A stretch of 41,460 bases of DNA from Octopus sinensis (taxonomy: Eukaryota), in contig NW_021835273.1 in NCBI RefSeq assembly GCF_006345805.1, positions 1 to 41,460 of the forward strand, in the 5' to 3' direction. Below the pieces are notes generated by a model. It was not told the origin of the DNA. It saw nothing but the letters and a program-made list of their open reading frames with translations, and searched no databases. Within the stretch, counting starts at the first letter, position 1, and the number at the start of each line of letters is the position of its first letter. This document shows positions 33,949-41,460 of the stretch, in pieces. The position numbers and the translations under genes were made by a program.

Positions 33949-34020
33949 GCGTAAACTGATACGAGCCGAAAAGCGCACGGCAGCAATGGGTGCGCTTTTC
34001 GGCTCGTATCAGTTTACGCA
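33948..34020. repeat. Perfect 31-bp inverted repeat with 11-nt loop
   Basis: 33948-33978 TGCGTAAACTGATACGAGCCGAAAAGCGCAC is the exact reverse complement of 33990-34020. Confidence 0.97.
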
Positions 34021-37000
34021 CCGCCCTTAACAGGTCGGGCGGATTTCTTTCAACGTCTAGAAGTTTTCTTGGGAACGTCTCGTCCTTTACTCTTAGTGGG
34101 GGATTGGAATGCTACCTTGGACACGCATGTAGACTACGTGGGTAGAGATAGGAATAGACGGGGATGCAAATGCCTCAGAGACCTGCTCAGACGCTTTCAA
34201 CTGTCTGACAGGTTTCGACTAGACCACCCGAATGCGCCAACGTGGACATGGAGCAACCGCATCGGGTCGTCGAGATCGTATCTAGATAGGATACTGTGTA
34301 GGTCAGTAGATAGAGATAGCATAGGATGTCCACAATTCCACATAGTCAGCTACACGGATCACAAACTTGTGACATGTACGCTAGACTTAGGTAAGACACT
34401 TAGGCAGGGTCCCGGATACTGGAAACTAAACGCGTCTTTCCATCGAGACAAGTTTTCAGAGACCGGATTAGCACACTAGTAAAGAGGGCTTTGACGGGAG
34501 CCATCATCAACAACAAATGGTGGTTTGCCCTCAAGAGAGCAGTAAAAGCAGAAGCGATTAGGTACAGCAAAGCACTAGCCATAGATAGAAATAGAGTAGA
34601 GGGTGAGCTAGTTAAGAAGCTAGAAGAGGCAATTAGAAGCGGCATCGCATCCGACGTTTTGGTGGCGAGGTTGCCCTCGACCAACACTTCAACGCCAAAC
34701 ACGAAGGATGTGGTCAGAGCTAGGATGCGTGCTCTAAGGAACGAAGGTGTTGGAGCCGCGAGAGAGGCCCGGGTGGCAGAGGCGCAACAGGGCAACAAAG
34801 CCACCATTCGGTCACTGGTAGATGAACAGGGGCGCGAATTGCTCGAGCCAAGTAAAATGTGTGAGGCCTTTCAGCAGCATTTTGCCCGACTGTTCGGAAC
34901 GAGTGGAGGGCAAGAACGTAGGGTGGACTTCAGTGCCTACCTACATAGCCTACCACGACTCTCGACAAGAAAGGCAGGGTGCTGCGAAGGTGCCATCACG
35001 GCGGCGGAAGTGCCGGGAAGCGATGGCAGAATGCTCGAGGACAAATCACGGGTTTGGATGGTCTACCCTACGAGCTTTACAATTGTATGCCAGACTTGTT
35101 TGGAGATCTCTTGGCGGCGGTGTACTGCAACTGGCAGCAAAACGGGAGCATTCCTGGTTTTGTGAGCCGAGGAGCCGTAACACTGCTGAAGAAAGATCTA
35201 AACAAGGGAAATGTAATAGATAACTTTAGGCCCATCACTCTGCTTAATGCAGACTTGAAAATTTTGGCCAAGGTGCTAGCCAAGAGGTTGGCGCTTGTCA
35301 TCGAGAAACTGGTCGACAAGGCGCAAACATGCGCCGTGCCAGGCCGGACCATCCATGACAACCTCCATCTGATGCGCTACATCATAGACAGGGTAGTTAA
35401 CGAACCTGGCATGGGTGGGGCCTGATCAACTTGGATCAATCAAAAGCCTTTGATAGGGTAGACCATCGATACTTGGAGGCAGTCCTGAGAGCGGCTGGTT
35501 TCGGTCCCGTCTTCCGCGGCTGGATAGCTGCCTTGTACAGAGGCATCCGTTCGGTAATTCGCGTAAATGGACATCTATCGAGACCTTTCGACATTGCACG
35601 TTCGGTCCGTCAGGGATGCCCCTCTCGGCGCTTCTATACGTATTGACTCTTGAGCCACTACTGCGGAAGCTGGCGACTCTAAGGGGCATCCCGCGAGAAT
35701 TGGGATGCGGGACGAGCGTGTCTGCATACGCGGACGACGTCACCGTCATAGTGTCTAGCCACGAGCACATCGAGCTGGTCGGCGAGACACTGAAAAACTA
35801 CGAAGCGGTGACAGGAGCGAAAATCAACCGGGAAAAGTCAGTGGGCTTGCGACTAGGCACCTGGAGAAGCAAGCCCATGCCGTCCACCAGCGCCTCCGTC
35901 GTGGGACGCTGGACCGACGGCCGGTTGAGTTGCTCGGGTCTGGTTTGGTCCGGACCTCCAAGTGGAGAAGAACTGGAACGAGATAACGAGTAGGGTGGTC
36001 ACTCTCGCCCGGCAATGGGCCGAGAGGAAACTGTCCCTAAAAGGTCGAGCGGAGGTGGCGAACACGTACATCGCGTCCGTCATCTACTACCGCCTGACCG
36101 TCGTACCTTGTCCCGACCCTACCATCACCAAACTACAACGCATCCTCTTTCGCTTCTTGTGGAAAGGATGCGTCCCGATGGTCAGGCGATCCATTTGCTG
36201 TCAACACCCGTTAAAAGGAGGGCTGGGCATGCCGTGGTTGATGATGCGCAGACACGCGCTGAGACTGCGACATCTCTGGCTCTATGTAGACGACGGTGAA
36301 CAGGTGTGGTCGCCGTTTGTGAGGCACGCTTTCCCGCAGCTCGTCTCCATGACCGAACTGCAGTCGTGGATCAAAAAGAGGCCGAGGAAGGGCGAATGGC
36401 ACCGCGAGTGTCGCGTTGCTCTCAAGCAACTCTGCCGTCCTGGGTCGACCTTAAGTGACTTCAACACAACCAAAGCATTCTATAGGGGTTTAGTGGAGGG
36501 GAGGTACGACGACGAGCTCGGGGCGAACCTGGACGTCGACGAGGAGTACCTGACCCGCCTGTTCGGGACGACTTTCGGGCAGGGCCCATGGACAACTTCC
36601 AGAGATCCCTGGCTGGCAGTGCTACCGAGAAGCGCTACCCGTTCGGGATAAGCTCTACAGACACGCTCGAGAAACACGGGGCGACCTGCCCGAGATGCGG
36701 TCAGAGCGACGAAACCGTTCTGCACGCACTCGTTCAGTGTCCAACAATTCCGACCTGTGGGCTTATGTCGAACAACTGCTGTCACGTGTGGGACGAGTCG
36801 GTTTATCAGCTGAGTCTATCGTCAATATTGTCACGCCTCCTTCCTTCAAACGGGAAGGAAGAGCTATTTTCATCATCTTGTGGCTATGGCGAAAGAATGT
36901 ATCTGGTGGACGCGTCTGAAAGGATTGGAGACAAACACTTTCCTCTCTGGTCAATCTCTCATCAACTTCTTCAAGTACCACTTGAAAAGGAAAGTGAGAG

Positions 37001-37293
37001 TAGAGAGGCAAGTTTTGTCTAGCGAATGTTTTAAAAAAAGATGGGTGAATGTAGCAAGAATGGCACGTATGAATGACGAAGCCACTTGAGCATAGTCCTA
37101 TGAACCCAGAAATCGAAAACAGAGAGTTGTTATTTGCAAAAAAAAAAAAAAAAAAAAGAAATAAAATGTGACTTCATTGACCGAGGTTACCGTGGTCTTT
37201 TCCGCAGGCTTTTCTTTCCACGGGTAAAAACCTCACCTGTCCTCCCCTTTACACTTCATATGACATTTTTGATAACGATCCCTATTGATCATT

Positions 37294-37324
<31 letters not shown>

Positions 37325-37387
37325 TAAAACCCCCTTATTCTTTGTCCTCTTTATCTCCTTTTACGATCCCTTTTGATCGAACCTCCC

Positions 37388-37420
<33 letters not shown>

Positions 37421-37490
37421 CCTTCAAAAGAAAAGCTCTACTTGTAATTTGTTCTATCTGTGTGCAGCCCTGTGTGGCTATAAAGAAACA
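33978..37490 (+). mobile_element. 5'-truncated Tx1/L1-type non-LTR retrotransposon (APE endonuclease - RT - Cys/His domain - 3' UTR)
   Basis: VYAP, GDWN, YLDRI, YTDH, GPGYWKLN, FRPITLLNADLKILAKVLA, DQSKAFDRVDH, RQGCPLS, YADD, CPRCGQSDETVLHALVQC; stop at 37089; (TCTA)n at both ends. Confidence 0.95.
33979..37089 (+). pseudogene. LINE ORF2 (endonuclease/reverse transcriptase), frameshifted
   Basis: Spread across ORF-track pieces 34069-34479, 34491-35165, 34979-35425, 35431-35646, 35616-35993, 35962-36651, 36695-36919 and 36880-37089. Confidence 0.92.
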
Positions 37491-37560
37491 TATCTATCTA
37501 TCTATCTATCTGTCTGTCTGTCTGTCTGCATGTCTGACTGTCTATCGGCTGTATCTATCT

Positions 37561-37613
<53 letters not shown>

Positions 37614-37633
37614 TACCTATCTACCTACCTACT

Positions 37634-37685
<52 letters not shown>

Positions 37686-37792
37686 ATCTATCTAATCTGT
37701 CTGTCTATCTATCTATCTATCTATCTATTCTATCTATCTATTCTATCTATCTATCTATCTATCGATCTATCTATCTATCTATCTATCTAGCG

Positions 37793-37823
<31 letters not shown>

Positions 37824-37825
37824 CG
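37491..37825. repeat. (TCTA)n array
   Basis: Direct reading. Confidence 0.95.
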
Positions 37826-37929
37826 TTTGAGTGCGCGTTAGTGTCGGTGTGTATGTAGCTGATTTGTTCCTTTCTAGATTTCATAAACACATGTACCTTC
37901 CATATTCAGAGGAAGCATTTCTGTGATAC

Positions 37930-38830
37930 TACCACCAGCACCACCACCAACATCACCACCACCACCACCACCACCACCACCACTACTACAAATATCATAA
38001 ACTCAACAGCAACAGCAACAACGACGAGCAGCTCCACCTCGCATTTTCTGTCACAAACCTTATCGTCCATATTTGTCGTGTAAATAGTATCCAAGCTGGA
38101 CATCAGCCGCACACGTCTCAGCAGGCTGTGAGTGGGTGTTTACAAAATTAATGGTGGGGGTCAACCATTCTTTAGCTTGTGAGACAGACACTCCACCGCC
38201 ATCAACGCCTCTATTACCGCCCAAACATCTTCCTCATTCTGATGCTCCTGCCGCACTAACACAAGAGACATCACCACCACCACTACTACCACCACCACCA
38301 CCACCTCCACCACCACCACCACCACCACCACCACCACCATTACCACCACTATAACTACCGCTACAGTAATCAGCCTAAACCACAAACATCGCCAATTACT
38401 ACCACCATCCCTTGCACTACCACCGCTACAATCCTTATCCTCTGTACACCAATGCACCACCATTAAACTTCACCGCCACAAGTACTACCACCGATACCAC
38501 CACACAGGTGCATCACCACTACATCACCCTATCAACACCATCACTAACACTACCATCACAACCACACCACCACCACCGCCACCGCCGCCATCACCATTAA
38601 CGTCATCACCAATACTACAGACACCACAACCAGTACCACCTCCCCCACTACAGACACAACACCCCAATCACCATTATGACCACCTCTCAATACCGCCTTC
38701 CCACTACAATCACCAGCACTACTACAGCAACCTCTCTACTACAACCAAAACAAACTCAACCACCACCACAACCACCACCACTATCACCACCATCATCGTC
38801 ATCTCCCCCACCATCATCACTCCACCCCTC
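37930..38830. repeat. Degenerate (CAC/CCA/CAT)n low-complexity region
   Basis: Direct reading; it accounts for the poly-Pro/Thr/Val ORFs. Confidence 0.85.
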
Positions 38831-39247
38831 CAGCCCATCTGAAATTCAATTGTGATTGATGAAACACTTTGCACAGTTAGTTAAACAGTAATAGATTGGT
38901 GATAATTGATGTAATGGCAAGATGTAGTTTTTAAGGTGGGAGGGCGTGATGATGTAAGGAGAACGGCTGGGAAGAGTTTGAATAGTGACCATAAATGATA
39001 GAGTAGTATGTAAATGAGCGTGCGCGTAACACAGTGCGTCAGCGAATTTGTGTAATGCGTGTGGTGTGGTGTGTGTGTGTGTGTGTGTGTTTGTGTGAGT
39101 AAAAAAGAGAGAGGCGGAGAGAGACGGACAAAGACGAAGAGAGACAGAGAGAGACTATAATTGTTTACAAATGAAGAAATAACGAGAAAAGTACATTTTG
39201 AAGCAATTTTTTGAATGGACGTGTGTGTTCTTTTATTCTTTTTTTCT

Positions 39248-39640
39248 TTTATTTGTTTCGGTCATTTGACTGCGGCCATGCTGGAGACCTGCCTTTAATC
39301 GAACTAATCGACCACAGGACTTACTTTTGTAAGCCTGGTACTTATTCTATAGGTCGTTTTTGCTGAACCGTGAAGTTACAGGGACGCAAACATACCAACA
39401 TCGGTTGTCAAGCGATGGTGGAGGGGGTCACACGCAGACACACACACACAAATACACGCATACACTCACACACACACACACACACACACGCACATATACG
39501 ACAGGCCTCCTTCAGCTTCCGTCCACCAAATTTACTCACAAAGCCTTGGTCAGCCCGAGAGGCTATAGCAGAAGACACCTACCCAAGGTGCCACGCAGTG
39601 AGATGAGAACCCGCAAGCTACCTACCACAGAGCCACTCCT
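39248..39640 (-). mobile_element. SINE family 1 copy, head partly deleted
   Basis: GTCATTTGACTGCGGCCATGCTGGAG...GGCTATAGCAGAAGACAC...CCACAGAGCCACTCCT. Confidence 0.88.
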
Positions 39641-39870
39641 ACTTCTCTCTTTACCTTTCTGACCGCGAGTGAACCGTTGGCGATTTTTTTTTCTCTTCTG
39701 TCTTCCCTTCTCTGGATCTTTCCTTCTCCTGTGATTCCGACGAAAATCTCCGCTCGAAACGTTAAACCCTCCTTCTTCCCTTCCTTCCTGAGCGTCCAAT
39801 AATACTATATTTGTTCCACATCCTCGCGTTGTTGTGTTTTCTCTTTGTGTTTTCATGTTTGGATTAACTA
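39641..39870 (+). mobile_element. Probable solo PLE pLTR remnant with a degenerate hammerhead (39733-39767)
   Basis: GATT-CCGACGA-A-AATC-TCC-GCTC-GAAA-CGT-T-AAAC; three substitutions would restore CTGACGA and a GAGC/GCTC stem II, and a fourth the GTTT/AAAC stem I. Confidence 0.5.
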
Positions 39871-39875
39871 TATAT

Positions 39876-39940
<65 letters not shown>

Positions 39941-40029
39941 CAAACGTGAGTTACATGAACTCAGAGTGGTGAGTAGCATGCATTTGCACGACATAGATGA
40001 AATGGTATAAGTATTTCCTTTTTCTTTTA

Positions 40030-40390
40030 TCTTACTTCTTTCAGTCATTTGACTGTGGCCACGCTGGGGCATAGCCTTTAGTCGAGCAAATCGACCCCAG
40101 GACTTATTCTTTGTAAGCCTAGTACTTATTCTATCGGTCTCTTTTGCCGAACCGCTAAGTTACGGTGACGTAAACACACCAGCATCGGTTGTTAAGCGAT
40201 GTGGGGGGGGGGCAAACAAAGACACAAACACACACACACACATATGTATACGTACATACGACGGGCTTCTTTCAGTTTCCGTCTACCAAATCCACTTACA
40301 AGGCTTTGGTCGACTTGAGGCTATATAAGAAGACACTTGCCCAAGGTGCCACTGAACTAAGAACCATGTGGTTCATTAACAAGCTACTTT
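40030..40390 (-). mobile_element. SINE family 1 copy
   Basis: Colinear with the reverse complement of 625-1000. Confidence 0.9.
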
Positions 40391-40699
40391 ATTTCATAAA
40401 TTTGTCATATAGACAGTACAAAGAGCTTTGCGGGTTGGACAAATACATTAATGAATGAAAATGAAATATAATGAATAAATGAGAGACGAAACCCAACACC
40501 TGCCGATTGGATTTTCTCGAAAACATATTTTGTTTTTCTTTTAAATCAATATGAGGTTTCGAGGCACTAAAACCTCTTACTTAACAGTTTTCTTTTTTTT
40601 TTTTTTCTTCTAAGCACAAAATGAGGTTATAAACCACTACAAATAATCAAAAGAAGTTTCAAACCCTGTAACGAGGGTCTTTCACCTCCTACTCTTCGA

Positions 40700-41460
40700 T
40701 ATATCCATCGATTTATTCATCATTATCTTCAATGCCGCTTGAGTTCTGTATCCCGCCATTTCCATGCCTCACTCATGTAGGACGTAAGTTGTGTAAGGGC
40801 CACCGGCCATATGCGACATCCTCCCTAATCCTTTAAGCCTTTCCCACAAGGGAAACCTTATGATCTCCACAGCTATCTGCGGAGGCCATTCGGGATCCCG
40901 TAGTGTGAAGGGCATATCTACTGTTTCTTTTGTTCTTTACTATTTTTTCCACTTCCCCGCCTTGTAGAAAAAGATAATTAATTGATCATCTTTAGGTGGG
41001 GGTGGTTTCTTCCACCGTGGGTGTGGGCACAACTTCGGACATGCAGTCGGCACATCATCTCCCCGCTGAGATGACCGTTCTTCTTCCTTCTTTTTTTTTT
41101 TCTTCATGGCTTCGGGAGAGTGGAGCTCTTCCGCTTTGTCCGGAGACTCTCCCCTTGCCTTCCGAAGCCTTAGGTTCCTTCGGCGGGCAACTATTGTTGC
41201 CCCGCCTTCTTCCTTTTTAATCTCTTTTGAGTTGAGGAGGCTGAAGCCTCCTCGACACCTCTACCTCTCCCTTTGACCGGTGGGGAGGGGGGTGGCATCT
41301 AGTGACTGTTCCAGACCTTACATGGTCCGGGGGCAGTTCCTTTTAATGTGGCCTGGCTGCAGGCAGGAGTGACACTTTGGGGGACGTCCCTCAAGTATCA
41401 CCGGATACCTGCAGCCAGCCATTTTCAAGAAGTCTGGAAAAACCAGTTCTCTTGCGGCCG
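40700..41460 (-). mobile_element. Tx1/L1-type ORF1 remnant with CCHC zinc knuckle, running off the window end
   Basis: Manual translation of 41458-41318: AARELVFPDFLKMAGCRYPVILEGRPPKCHSCLQPGHIKRNCPRTM* (CX2CX4HX4C at 41333-41374), followed by a decayed K/E/R-rich region. The left boundary is approximate. Confidence 0.7.

Noticed and set aside
37906-38600. Pro/Thr/His-rich and Val-rich ORFs as mucin or membrane protein exons
   Set aside because: They derive from degenerate (CAC)n repeats and have no splice or homology support.

Overview
Eukaryotic, AT-rich, very microsatellite-dense non-coding DNA. The SINE families and repeat landscape look like an octopus (Octopus sp.) genome; that assignment is pattern recognition, not a database hit. 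I see no confident host gene, and almost every ORF in the supplied track is a microsatellite or antisense artefact. The window holds: (i) three Penelope-like retroelement (PLE) coding remnants: the ORF start of a Penelope/Poseidon-type copy at 1-527, a near full-length decayed RT + GIY-YIG copy at ~10.8-13.2 kb, and a 5'-truncated copy at 16.05-19.5 kb; (ii) five type I hammerhead ribozyme (HHR) motifs of different sequence, at 436-478, 15677-15737, 16155-16232, 23310-23353 and (degenerate) 39733-39767, one inside a 450-bp fold-back and one in a stand-alone 144-bp inverted-repeat unit; (iii) a 3.5-kb 5'-truncated Tx1/L1-type LINE ORF2 between (TCTA)n tracts with a perfect 31-bp hairpin at its 5' junction, two older Tx1 3' fragments and a Tx1 ORF1 zinc-knuckle remnant; (iv) three copies of an (AAT)n-tailed LINE 3' end, possibly Dong/R4-like; (v) many copies of four tRNA-derived SINE families; (vi) large simple-repeat arrays, several with inverted junctions. 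The most notable signals are the ribozyme-bearing small elements and the recurring tail-out inverted duplications at retroelement 5' ends.
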